This document shows positions 51,779-61,902 of a stretch of 64,000 bases of DNA, piece after piece. Position numbers and translations under genes: made by a program. Numbering within the stretch: the first letter of the stretch is position 1; the number at the start of each line of letters is the position of its first letter. A model generated the notes under the pieces. It saw only the letters and a list, made by a program, of their open reading frames with translations. It was not told the DNA's origin and did not search any database. Origin of the DNA: an uncultured Phycisphaerales bacterium (GTDB taxonomy: Bacteria > Planctomycetota > Phycisphaerae > Tepidisphaerales > Tepidisphaeraceae); contig CAVWVQ010000002.1 in the NCBI GenBank assembly GCA_963758525.1, positions 160,001 to 224,000 of the forward strand. The letters are read 5' to 3'.

Positions 51779-54255
51779 TCACGAACGGTCTTCCCACATG
51801 CTTCGATATGCCGTCTCGACATTCCGGGCAAATCTCGCTCCGTCCATCAACGGCGATTTCGCCAATCGATCGCGCAATGTCAGCCGAAGCTCCCGCAGTC
51901 TCTCCAGGTCATCGCATAGACCAACCACAATCCGCACATAATCCTCCGGTGAAGCCGCGGCCAGAGATTGCAGACCCAGATTGTTCAACTGGCTCCATCC
52001 GGCGCGCAAACCGGCGTATCTCCCACGAGCGTGACGACGGGCACCCCCATCCACAGCGCGTCGAGCGTGGTGGTGTGGCCGTTATAGGGAATCGTTTCCA
52101 GCCCGATATCGATCCGGCGATAGCTCGCCAGGTAACGCCTTCGCGGCATGCGATCGAGAAACTCCACGCGATCCGATCGAACGCCGCCCCGCAGCAACTC
52201 GTCCAACACGCGCTCTCGCGCCGCGCGCGGCGCGAGCAGCAGCAGCCTGGACGCGGGCATGGCTCGCAGCACCGCCGACCACAGGTCCAGCGTCGGCGCG
52301 TTCACTTTGCAAAAGTTGTTCAAACAACCAAAAGTGATGAAGCCATTCGTGATGCACGGCGGATCGTTGACGCGCAGCTCCTGACCCTCAACTCCTGAGC
52401 ACCGTCTTCGACCCTGAGGCTCGGTTCGAGTGAGTTCATCGAAGTCAGCCGCATCGAGAACCCCGACCTCCGAGCTCTCCAGCGGATCGTAACACCAGAA
52501 AGTTTCCGGCAGACGATACGATCGCTCGATGTAGCGGCCGTCGTTCTGCTGACCCGGCGGATCGAGAAACGGATCGGTCAGTCGATAGTCAATCGTCTCC
52601 AATCCCGTCGTCCCGGGATACCCCAGCCAGGTCACCTGCACCGGCGCTGGCTTGCGCCAAAGACCAGCAGCCGATTGTCGGCCATGTGCAGCGAGAGATC
52701 GACCAGAACATCAATGCCATCGGCACGAACCAGATCCGCCAGCGCGGAATCCGACAATCCGCATGTATTACGCCAGACGTCAACGCAGCCGCGTATTTGA
52801 GCCGTGATGACGTCCGGCACCAGGACATCGCCATAGGCAAACACCTCGACACTGCGACGATCGTGATGCTTCAGCAACGGGACCGTAAAGAACGACTGGC
52901 AATGATCGCGAAAATTCGGCGCAACGTATCCCACGCGAAGGCGCCCGCGAGCGCCGCCCGACTTTCCCGCCATAGAGGATGCCGGGCCAAGCGCAGCAGC
53001 GTGCTGAGCGTTCCAGACCCGGTGCGCCTCGCGAATTCGTTCGGCAGAACAGCCGGGAAGAAAATACATGGTGTACAGCCGGTTGCTGTGCGCCGCCTGA
53101 TTATTCGGGTCCAGGTCGATCGCGCTGATAAGCCGCGAGCGCCCCTCGACGTCGCCAAGATTTTTCAGCGTGTTGCCGGCATTATTGTGTGCCTGGGAAA
53201 ACGCCGGTCGAATCGTCACGGCGCGCTCGAACGCATCGAGCGCCTCGTCGAAGCGTTCCTGCGTATCCAGCGCCGCCGCCAGATTGCTCCAAATCTCCGC
53301 ATCCGAAGGATCGAGCGTCAAGGCCTGGCGATACGCCGACTCGGCCTCTTTCAGCTTGCCTTGTGAACGCAGAGCGTTTCCCAAGTTGTTGAGCGCCCGT
53401 GTCTGACGAGGCTCGCGCCGCAAAGCTTCGCGATACTGTGCAATCCCCTCCTCCACCCTTCCGCTTCCGCACAGCGCAATGCCCAGATTGTTCACTGCGT
53501 CGGACATCTGCGGCTTCTGCGCGATCGCCTCCTTGTACTCCGCGATGGCCTCATCGAACCGCTGCAGCGCCGCCAGCGCCTTGCCAAGATTGAAATGCGC
53601 CTCAGGGAAATTTGGGGTCAGCGCGAGTGCGCGCTGAAGTGATTCCGCCGCCCGAGCGGCTTCGCCGCATTGTTCGCACTGCGCGCGCAAGATTATTCAG
53701 CGCCGTTGCCAGGCTCCGCAAGATCGACGCGTCACCGGCCCGCTGTGCCGCGGCCCGCTCGAGCGTCTCGACCGCCTCGGCATGTTCGCCGCTATTGGTC
53801 AGCAGAGACCCCAGATTGACCGCCGCCTCCGTCAGCGTTGGATCCCTCTGCAGCGCGCTTCGGTAAGCGTCGATCGCCCCGCCGGCATCACCGCGGCTCC
53901 AAAGCGCTGCCCCGAGATTATTCCATGTGTCCGCTGATCCCGGCTCAATCGCCAGTGCCGCGCGATATGCGGCAACCGCCCCGTCGAAATGTTGCATCGT
54001 CGCAAGAATCAATCCGCGGTGACCGTGGTACTTCGCAACCCCATGATCGGCGGCAATAGCAGCTTCGACCGACGCCAACCCCTCGGCGAGCCGTCCCTGC
54101 TGAAACTCAGCCATCCCCAGCATGTGGAGCACTCTCGCGCTCGCAGGGTCGCCCGCCAGCATCTCCCGATACCGTTTCTCCGCCTCCGCCAATCGCCCCG
54201 CCAGATGATGCTCGACGGCCGCCTTCCATTGCTGATCCGTGTCTGCCAGTGACAT
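51779..54255 (-). CDS. TPR-repeat O-GlcNAc transferase-like protein (GT41/SPINDLY); several frameshifts (near 53670, 52650, 52010)
   Basis: TPRs; LRVGYV...HCQ; DGIDVLVDLSLH; QVTWLGYPGTTG; TFGCLNN..K; YNGHTTTLDALWMGVPVV; SPLMDG.RFA. Confidence 0.85.
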
Positions 54256-54268
54256 GAAAACCTTTCGC

Positions 54269-54292
54269 CGTGGCACGGGCATCCTGCCCGTG
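54269..54292. repeat. REP-like family C copy
   Basis: CGTGGCACGGGCATCCTGCCCGTG. Confidence 0.7.
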
Positions 54293-54400
54293 TCAGCCGC
54301 GCGGTGCTAAGGAAGATGCCCGATATCGAACGTCCGCAGCCTTCTCCCGCATGAATGGACATCATCATTTGGCCGCAAAAGATGGTATCTAATCCACCAC

Positions 54401-54865
54401 ATGGCGAAAGAACATTTCGAGTTTTTTCAAGAGCCTCTCGAATCCGATCGCGAACTGACACTCGTACTCACCGAATGTCACCCCGCCGAGGCTTCGATTT
54501 TCGGCGTGCCCTTCTACACCTTCGAAATGCGGCACGCGGATACCGCGGCATACATGGGCCGAATTCGTCTTCGCGTCGGCTGGAACGAACAGTGCATTCG
54601 TTTCGCCGGCCAGGTCGGCTACGCCGTCGAGCCCGACTTCCGCGGCCATCACTACGCCGAGCGCGCCTGCCGATTGATTCTCCCTCTCGCCCGCCGGCAT
54701 GGGCTGGCAGAACTGTGGATCACCTCCCAGCCCGACAACCTCGCCAGCCGCCGCACGCTCGAACGGATCGGAGCTGAATTCGTTGAAATTGTCGACGTCC
54801 CCGATTCCTATCCCCTCGACGCCGGCGCGATTCGCCAGAAGGCGTGTTACCGTCTGCGCTGGTGA
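54401..54865 (+). CDS. GNAT family acetyltransferase
   Basis: GQVGYAVEPDFRGHHYA, DNLASRRTLERIG. Confidence 0.88.
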   Translation: MAKEHFEFFQEPLESDRELTLVLTECHPAEASIFGVPFYTFEMRHADTAAYMGRIRLRVGWNEQCIRFAGQVGYAVEPDFRGHHYAERACRLILPLARRHGLAELWITSQPDNLASRRTLERIGAEFVEIVDVPDSYPLDAGAIRQKACYRLRW

Positions 54866-54991
54866 GAAGCGCGTGCACAGAAGAATGTTCAGAGCTGTTT
54901 AGAGCCGTTGAAAGGCGCGAACGCTGCATCGGGCGGCGCACACCTCTCCGCCAGTTGAATTCCCGTCCCTGCTCCCGACAATCCTCCCACG

Positions 54992-56677
54992 ATGTATGCA
55001 ATGACTCTGCTCGCGGATGCGGTGGCCGGGCGCTCGATCTCCTGGGACCTGGGAATATTGTCTCTTGCCGTGACGTTTGGGCTGGTCCTTGGCGCGGTGC
55101 GGGTGCGCGGAATCCGCCTGGGCGTGTCCGGGGTGCTCTTCTCGGCGTTGGTCTTCGGCCAATTGGGACTAGGGATCAAGCCGGAGATCCTCGATTTTCT
55201 GCGGGACTTTGCGCTGGTGATTTTTGTCTACGCGATCGGCTTGCAGGTCGGGCCGAGCTTCATCGCGTCGCTGCGCGATGAGGGGCTGAGCCTGAATGTG
55301 TTATCGCTTTGCGTTGTCGTATTAGGAGCGGTGCTGACCGGCGTGATCGCCCGCTGCGTCCATCTTCCTTCTTCGTCGGCCAGCGGCCTGTACAGCGGCG
55401 CGTACACCACGACGCCGGGCCTGGGAGCGGGGCAGGAGGCGATTCTGCACAGCTTCGCGGATCAGCCGGACCGCGCTCGCGCCGAGGTGGCGAAGGCGGG
55501 CCTCGCGTACACCGTCACCTATCCGTTTGGCATGATCGGGCCGATTCTGGCGATCGTCGCATTGCGAAAATGGTTTGGGATTCGCATGAAAGACGAAGCC
55601 GCGCAGCTGGCGGCCGTCGAGCAGACCAAGCGCCCTCCGATCGAAACGGTCGACTTTGAAGTGACCAACGCGGCGCACGCGGGCATCCCGCTGAAGGATC
55701 ATCCCCTGCTGCGCTCGAATGGCGTGTTTTTCAGCCGGATTCTCAGGGAAGACGCGCAGAGCGTGCCGACCGGAGACACACTCGTGCTGGTCGGCGACAT
55801 CTTCCGCGCGCTGGGCACCAAATCGAGCGTCACCGAGGTGGTCGAAGCGATGGGCCGGCCAAGCAAGGCGAATCTGGACAGCGCCACCGGCGATGTTCGC
55901 CGGGCGGATTTTCTGGTGACGCGCACCGACGTCCTGCGCCGTCCGCTGCGCGACCTGGCGGTGATCCGCAAAGCGGGCGTCACCATCGCCCGCATCCATC
56001 GCGCCGGCATCGAGCTGTTCCCCAAAGCCACCATGCGCCTTCAGTTCGGCGACAGCGTCACCGCCATCGGTCCCGATCAGGGAATGCGGGCCGTCGAGCG
56101 ACTGCTCGGCAATTCGCCGGAGGTGCTCAACCGCCCGCAATTGATTCCGATTTTTCTGGGAATCGTCCTGGGCGTCCTCGTCGGCAGTCTGCCGCTGTGG
56201 GTGCCGGGGCTGCACACGCGCGTGCGCATCGGTCTGGCCGGCGGCCCGATGCTCGCCGCGATCATTCTCTCGCAATGGGGACACATCGGAAAAGTTGTCT
56301 GGTATATGCCTGTCGCCGCCAACCAGCTGTTCCGCGACTTCGGGCTGGCGGTCTTTCTCGCATGCGTCGGGCTGCAATCGGGAGATCATTTTCTGCAGCG
56401 TCTTCACGATCACGGCGGAGGGATGTTCATTCTGTGGGGCGCGGTGATCACCATGCTCCCCGTGATGGCAATCGGAGCGATCGCGCGCGTCTGGTTCAAG
56501 ATGAACTTCATCACGCTCGCCGGCTGGCTCGCCGGCGCGATGACCAGCCTGCCCGCCCTCCTCTTTGCCAACGAGATCGCGGAGTCCGACGCACCGTCTG
56601 TCGCGTACGCTGCCGTGGCCCCGTTGGCGCTGCTCACGCCGATCATCTGTGCGCAGCTTCTGGTGTTGCTGACGTGA
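54992..56677 (+). CDS. AspT/YidE/YbjL family transporter with TrkA-C domains
   Basis: LGVSGVLF, FVYAIGLQVGP, TTTPGLGA, YPFG, LGLAGGP-like motif, AGAMTS.PAL. Confidence 0.9.
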   Translation: MYAMTLLADAVAGRSISWDLGILSLAVTFGLVLGAVRVRGIRLGVSGVLFSALVFGQLGLGIKPEILDFLRDFALVIFVYAIGLQVGPSFIASLRDEGLSLNVLSLCVVVLGAVLTGVIARCVHLPSSSASGLYSGAYTTTPGLGAGQEAILHSFADQPDRARAEVAKAGLAYTVTYPFGMIGPILAIVALRKWFGIRMKDEAAQLAAVEQTKRPPIETVDFEVTNAAHAGIPLKDHPLLRSNGVFFSRILREDAQSVPTGDTLVLVGDIFRALGTKSSVTEVVEAMGRPSKANLDSATGDVRRADFLVTRTDVLRRPLRDLAVIRKAGVTIARIHRAGIELFPKATMRLQFGDSVTAIGPDQGMRAVERLLGNSPEVLNRPQLIPIFLGIVLGVLVGSLPLWVPGLHTRVRIGLAGGPMLAAIILSQWGHIGKVVWYMPVAANQLFRDFGLAVFLACVGLQSGDHFLQRLHDHGGGMFILWGAVITMLPVMAIGAIARVWFKMNFITLAGWLAGAMTSLPALLFANEIAESDAPSVAYAAVAPLALLTPIICAQLLVLLT

Positions 56678-56808
56678 TTCCGCAGCGTCCCGAACGGCGA
56701 CGAACGGGCTCACTCGACCGGCAGCAAGCCCTGCGTCGGGGCACGCTCTGGAGCGCCGGCTCCCAAAATTCACAGGAAGTCGCCATTTCGCAAAGGGAGT
56801 GCATGAAT

Positions 56809-56992
56809 TTAAGGCGGAACAATCCCCAAATCCCGAAATTTTCCTGGCCAGAATGTCCCCGATCTCACTGTGCCGCGGAACAGCCGTCCGCCGACGATTC
56901 GCCGGGTTTCCCCACCAGGAATGTTTCGCTCCCTCTCGAATCAAAACACAGCCATGACGTTGCATGTGTGCGATCAGGTCGCGGCGCTTCAC
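56809..56992 (-). CDS. hicA: HicA family toxin; frameshift near 56836
   Basis: MKRRDL...GC.LIREG.KHS.W.N...VPRH.EI...ARKI, then (C)RDLGIVPP-stop in the shifted frame. Confidence 0.85.
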
Positions 56993-57198
56993 GCCGACAC
57001 ACTGGCTTCTTCGAATGCCCCCGTCGCTGCGGCCAAAGCGTCGGCGCGATTCATTTCCAGAGCTTCAATCAGCGCCGAGCGGAGATTCTCCAACAGCTCG
57101 TCACGGGTTGCGCCTTGGGAATTCACTCCGGGAATTTCTTCAATCCAGCCGATCCACCACTCACCGTCACGTTGGATTACAGCCCGATAGTTCGCCAT
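56989..57198 (-). CDS. hicB: HicB family antitoxin (short, no DNA-binding domain)
   Basis: YRAVI..DGEWWIGWIEEIPGVNSQGATRDELLENL; overlaps the hicA start. Confidence 0.88.
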   Translation of the reverse strand: MANYRAVIQRDGEWWIGWIEEIPGVNSQGATRDELLENLRSALIEALEMNRADALAAATGAFEEASVSA

Positions 57199-57270
57199 GG
57201 GAAACCTCTCTGTCTCGCCGGATTATACGCGAGAGCAGAAGGAGGCAAGACCACTTGCGCCTGGCAGGGG

Positions 57271-57905
57271 CTATCGACTTGGAGCGCCCTCCGCTCCGGG
57301 CTCATATTCGTTGGTGGCGCGCCCTTTGATCTGGAGAAATTGGGCCAATTGTTCAGCGGACACCATCCCGGACAGCCTCGACTCATCAATCGCCGTGTGA
57401 AGCAGAATTTGTGAAACGTCGTAGTCGTCCTTCACTCGTCCCGCCCGAAGCTTCATCGCGATCAGATCGTGCGGTTCGGCATGCGAATGAGGCGGCCGAC
57501 CAGTTCCACCTCAATCGCATTTCTCACGATCTGGTCAGCGTAGTCATCTTTCCGCAGGTCAACCTGAATACCGCTCTTGTGGTACAGCTTATAAACGCAG
57601 TCCGGCGCAAAATGATGCTTCTCCATTTGCGCGGGGTGATTGGAAAGTATTTCCATGTGGCCGGCGACGGCCACGAAATCAACATCCTCCGTGAATCGCG
57701 CGCGGCCATAATACATGGCGGCAACCCCACCGATCAGCGAATAGCCAATCTTGAGCTATTCAAAGAGTGCGACCGCGTCGAGCAACGGCTGCGCGTATGG
57801 AACCCAAGCTTCGGGATTGCCGTTCACCAGAAGCTCCGATTTGAGCGCACGACCGTAATCCATGCGGTCCAAGACGCGTCCGAGCCGATTGCTGGGAGCA
57901 GTCAT
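57271..57905 (-). pseudogene. Nucleotidyltransferase-fold gene with in-frame TAG (57756-57758) and frameshift (~57480)
   Basis: YSLIGGVAAMYYGRARFTEDVDF; DLIAMKL.AGR.KD.YDV. Confidence 0.7.
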
Positions 57906-57980
57906 GGGCTGATTCTAAATGACCTTGCGCGAACACGCGCTGTCAATCTGCCAGGTGCCGCGCAAACCCATGAAGAGGGA

Positions 57981-58075
57981 ACACGAATCTGCACGAATGA
58001 AGCACGAATCTCACGAATAAACGCGGCGAAATCTGCTTCGTGAAGATTCGTGCGAATTCGTGTCGATTCGTGTTC
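57981..58075. repeat. Array of 4 CACGAAT units followed by 4 inverted (A)TTCGTG units
   Basis: Read directly from the sequence; period about 10-11 bp. Confidence 0.8.
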
Positions 58076-58226
58076 TGCATTTTTAGGTCATTGCGGGACC
58101 GGGCGTGATCGCGCAGGGGCAAGGAGATTGGCGGACGCTCATTGTAGCGGATCGTAGCGGGCATCGGCGGACGGCATCGGCGGACGGCTTGCGCCACACC
58201 CGTCGTGACGCTATCATCCAGCCCAC

Positions 58227-59156
58227 ATGGGAAAGCCGAGGAATCCGTGGGTCGACCGCCTTCAGTACATCGGCCTGCGCGTGGTGTCGATGGCCCTGCA
58301 CAGCTTTCCCATTGATGCCAACCTGGAAACGGCCAGGTTGCTCGGGTCGCTGATTTATCAAGTCGACAAGAAGCATCGCGACCGAAGTCTCGGCAATCTG
58401 CGCCGCAGCTTTCCGGACATGCCGGAGCGGAAACGCGAGGAACTCGCGCGGCACAGCGTGCAGCAACTGATCATGCTCTTCGTGGAGGTGCTCTTCACCA
58501 CCCGCCTCATCCGCATCGATACGTGGTCGCGTTTCGTTGAACTCGAGAAGTTCGACGAGGTGATCAAGCTGCTCATGGAACGCGACCGCGGCCTGATTCT
58601 CCTCACCGGGCATTATGGAAATTGGGAAATCCTCGGTTACGTGCTGGCAACGCTCGGCTTTGAAACCACCAGCGTCGCCCGCCCGCTGGATAATCCCTAC
58701 GTCAACCGCTGGCTGATGGGCGTTCGCGAGAAGCAAGGTCAGCGCATCATCGCGAAAAAGGGAGCGACCAGCGAAATCACCGAGGTGCTCGATGCCAAAG
58801 GGGCGGTTGGATTCATCGCCGATCAGAATGCCGGGTCCAAGGGAATCTTCGTTGACTTCTTTGGCCGTAAGGCCAGCACGTACAAGTCGATTGGCTTACT
58901 TGCGATGCATTATAATGTGCCGGTGGTGATCGGCTATGCCCGTCGGCAGGGCGCTTCGTTTCAATTCAAGATCGGCTCGCAGGACATCATTCATCCCGCC
59001 GATTGGAAGTCGCAGGACGATCCATTGCGGTACATCACGCAGCGGTACACGAAAGCGATCGAGGAGATGGTGCGCGTCGATCCCGGGCAATATCTCTGGG
59101 TGCACCGCCGGTGGAAGACCCGGCCGAAGGGGGAAGTGGCTGAAACGTTTGATTGA
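58227..59156 (+). CDS. Lipid A biosynthesis (LpxL/HtrB-like) lysophospholipid acyltransferase
   Basis: GHYGNWE, RPLDNP, IADQ, FFG, PGQYLWVHRRWK. Confidence 0.9.
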   Translation: MGKPRNPWVDRLQYIGLRVVSMALHSFPIDANLETARLLGSLIYQVDKKHRDRSLGNLRRSFPDMPERKREELARHSVQQLIMLFVEVLFTTRLIRIDTWSRFVELEKFDEVIKLLMERDRGLILLTGHYGNWEILGYVLATLGFETTSVARPLDNPYVNRWLMGVREKQGQRIIAKKGATSEITEVLDAKGAVGFIADQNAGSKGIFVDFFGRKASTYKSIGLLAMHYNVPVVIGYARRQGASFQFKIGSQDIIHPADWKSQDDPLRYITQRYTKAIEEMVRVDPGQYLWVHRRWKTRPKGEVAETFD

Positions 59157-59202
59157 ACGGCGTGGTGCGCACCGATCCATGCACTTTGGGTTTACGTGGC
59201 GT

Positions 59203-60090
59203 TCAGCGGCCTGCGGGCACACCGTTTTGCAGCGCAGCGCCCTTGGTGAGTTGCCGGCCGGCGGCGTAGTCGTTTTGATCCAGAAGTGACTGCACGCGCT
59301 CGATGCGCGTGGTGGCCAGCGGGTGCGTGCGAAGCATTTCGGGAGTACCGCCCGGTGACTCGGCTTCCAGTTTCTTGAGCACGTTCATCACGCCCATCAT
59401 TTCGTGGGGATCGTACCCCGCCTGGGCCATGTATTTCATGCCGTATTCGTCCGCCTGCGATTCATCCTCGCGGCTGTAGCGCAACTGGAACATCTGATTG
59501 GCCATCTGCGCCGCGGCCGATTCGGCGTAACCGTGGCGGTCGTTGCTGGCGCCCACCGCCACGCCGACGGCAAGCGTCTGGCCGAGCTGGCCCTTCTCCA
59601 TCTGCTGCGCCGAGTGCCGCCAGATGACGTGGCCCGTTTCATGGCCGAGCACTCCGGCGAGTTCCGCCTCGTCCTCGAGCCGATTCAGCAATCCGCGGGT
59701 GATAAAAATCTGCCCGCCAGGGAGCGCGAAGGCGTTGACGGTCCGCGGGTCGTCGAGCAGGTGATAGTGAAAATTGCTCGCGTACGGGCTCTTGGAGGCG
59801 TCGCTCCGGGTGGCCAGTTGCTGGCCGATGGTTTCGACCTCCCGGGCTGCCGGGTCCGATTGCGGATCGGCCTCGCCTCCCATCTGCGAGGCCATCTGCG
59901 GCGCGGCCTGCAGACCGAGCGACATTTCCTGATCGGCGGTCATGGAAAGATGCTGGGTGACGCCGGTCACGGGATTGACCTGCGTGTGCGAGTAGTAGCG
60001 AATGACGCCGAAAATCATGATCGCCAGGCCGGCGATCCACGTGAGATGAAATCCAGGGCGGGGCCCTTCGCTGTCACCGAAGATTGACAT
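59203..60090 (-). CDS. M48 family metalloprotease (intact)
   Basis: VNAFALPGG, ELAGVLGHETGH, YSREDESQAD, THP. Confidence 0.92.
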   Translation of the reverse strand: MSIFGDSEGPRPGFHLTWIAGLAIMIFGVIRYYSHTQVNPVTGVTQHLSMTADQEMSLGLQAAPQMASQMGGEADPQSDPAAREVETIGQQLATRSDASKSPYASNFHYHLLDDPRTVNAFALPGGQIFITRGLLNRLEDEAELAGVLGHETGHVIWRHSAQQMEKGQLGQTLAVGVAVGASNDRHGYAESAAAQMANQMFQLRYSREDESQADEYGMKYMAQAGYDPHEMMGVMNVLKKLEAESPGGTPEMLRTHPLATTRIERVQSLLDQNDYAAGRQLTKGAALQNGVPAGR

Positions 60091-60169
60091 GTTGACCTCG
60101 TTTCTCTTCTGTTCATTTGTGACACAAATTGCAGCAGGCCTCCGGTCCGGCTACGATCATAATATGCGC

Positions 60170-60433
60170 ATGACCATGAATGTCTCGCTTCCGAGCGACC
60201 TGAAGCGATGGCTGGACGACCAGGTAAAGGCCGGTGGCTACGGCACCGCCAGCGAGTACCTGCGCGACCTCCTGCGCCGGGCCAGAGAGCGTGAGGCCCG
60301 ACGCAAGATTGACGCGTTGCTGGTGGAGGCTGTCGAAAGCGGTGCCAGCACGGTAATGGACGACGCCGATTGGGCTTCGATTCGCAGGTCGGCCAAGGCG
60401 GCGGTCGTTCGACGCCCGAAAAGCAAGCGATGA
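60170..60433 (+). CDS. parD: ParD-like (RHH) antitoxin
   Basis: MNVSLP...V..GGY.TASEY.R.L.R. Confidence 0.85.
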   Translation: MTMNVSLPSDLKRWLDDQVKAGGYGTASEYLRDLLRRAREREARRKIDALLVEAVESGASTVMDDADWASIRRSAKAAVVRRPKSKR

Positions 60434-60786
60434 CGCGCCAGATCCGTCGCTCCAGACAGGTGCGGGAGGACATCATTGCCATCTATGGCTACCTCCACAA
60501 GCGCAGCCCGCAGTCCGCTGAGAGGGTGCTCGATGCCATCGAGCAATCCATCCGCTCACTGGCCAAGACGCCCGGCGTCGGCCGTTACTGGAATACGCCT
60601 GACGGGCGGCTTGAAGGGATAAAGGTCACAACGGTGCGGCCGTATCGAAGCTATCTGATTTTCTTCCGGGCAGCCGGTGACGAGATCGAAGTGTTCCGGA
60701 TTGTTCATGCTGCCCGCGAGCTTGAGCCGCTCGTGGATGGGATCCAGCTTGATTTTGAAACGCCGAGGGAAGACGCCGAGAATTGA
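60430..60786 (+). CDS. parE: ParE/RelE family toxin
   Basis: ATGA overlap; EDI..I..Y...SP.SA, L...PG.G, YLIFF, IEVFRIVHAAR. Confidence 0.85.
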   Translation: MTRQIRRSRQVREDIIAIYGYLHKRSPQSAERVLDAIEQSIRSLAKTPGVGRYWNTPDGRLEGIKVTTVRPYRSYLIFFRAAGDEIEVFRIVHAARELEPLVDGIQLDFETPREDAEN

Positions 60787-60827
60787 GCAATAAGGCGGTC
60801 TCGAAATCTGCATAGGGGCGTCTGAAA

Positions 60828-60956
60828 ATGGAACAACCCGTGGCAAACGAATACTATGGTGTTACCGTTGAGCGAGCGGCCCGCATCCTTGACGCCTTAG
60901 GCGTCGAAGCCACCACGCGGGTGGAGAAGATCCGAGCCCTCGCAAAGTCGGCGTAG
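60828..60956 (+). pseudogene. C-terminal remnant of an XRE/HTH-type regulator or antitoxin
   Basis: Translates to ...NEYYGVTVERAARILDALGV...*, resembling the last helices of an XRE HTH; N-terminus absent. Confidence 0.5.
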
Positions 60957-61069
60957 TTTTTTCAGGTGCGCTCAGCGGATAGTTGTCGTCATTGAAGCCA
61001 GTCTAGTAGCCTTCGTAGTTCCCGCCATTTTTGAGATTGCCGAAGAAAGAGTTGACGTCGTGCAGCTAC

Positions 61070-61696
61070 TCAAATCGGTCGCGGCTGATAATGCGAAACG
61101 TCGTTCATCAACGCCACGCGCGCCTTCCAGGGCGCGGTGAACTCCAGCACATTCAGGCAAGCCAGGTCCTGCGCTATCGTGTCGCGGTAGGTTCGCATGT
61201 CCATCCCCAGCAGGCTGCAAAGCAGAATGCGGTTGGTGGCCTTGTGCGAAACAACCAGCACGCGCTTCCCCTGCTGCTCGTCTACAATTCCTTGCAGCGC
61301 CGGCAGCGCGCGTTGGAGCACCTGCAGGCCGGTTTCCCCGCCCGGGGGGGCTTCGGTAAATGGATCGGCGTCCCACCTGGAAAATTCTTCGGGAAACTGC
61401 CGCTCGACGTCGTCATGGACCTTTCCCTCCCAATGGCCGTGATCAACTTCGCGCAGCCCGTCCCGCTGATGCGCGACAATCGGGCGATCGCCCAGAGCGA
61501 GTCGCGCGGTATCGATGGCTCGCTGCATGGGGCTGCAATAGGCTACGTCGATGCAGGCGCCGGCGAGCCGCGCGCCGAGCTTCCGCGCCTGTTCTCGGCC
61601 GTCATCGGAGAGGTCGACGTTGGACGAACCGGCGAACCGGTCGGCGGCGCTGAACAGCGTTCCCCCATGTCGAACCAGCAGGATCAGAGTCTTCAT
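61070..61696 (-). CDS. Histidine phosphatase (phosphoglycerate mutase) family
   Basis: LVRHG, SPMQRA.DTA, LRE..HG.WEG, PGGE, VVSH. Confidence 0.9.
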   Translation of the reverse strand: MKTLILLVRHGGTLFSAADRFAGSSNVDLSDDGREQARKLGARLAGACIDVAYCSPMQRAIDTARLALGDRPIVAHQRDGLREVDHGHWEGKVHDDVERQFPEEFSRWDADPFTEAPPGGETGLQVLQRALPALQGIVDEQQGKRVLVVSHKATNRILLCSLLGMDMRTYRDTIAQDLACLNVLEFTAPWKARVALMNDVSHYQPRPI

Positions 61697-61902
61697 CGCT
61701 GAATCTTACAGAATGTTCCCGATCACGCGCAAAACTTGCTTTACATTCTGATGAAACCTGTTATTACACTTCCTCAAGCCGGGGTCGCATCAGGGCAGCG
61801 GGGCATATCGGCTCGAAGCGGCCCAAGGCTACTGACCAGGATAGGCGGTCACGTTCGTGATCGCGACATGGAGTTCCTGGGCTCGCACACGGAGGTGCCG
61901 TC

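Noticed and set aside
55322..56808. 556-aa HicA fusion protein
   Set aside because: Read-through caused by the hicA frameshift into the antisense strand of the transporter
57756..57758. Amber recoding (pyrrolysine or alternative code)
   Set aside because: TAG serves as a normal stop elsewhere in the window (e.g. 16126, 19801) and the gene also has a frameshift
57981..58075. Possible CRISPR array
   Set aside because: Units are 7 bp with 3-4 bp gaps; no spacers and no cas genes
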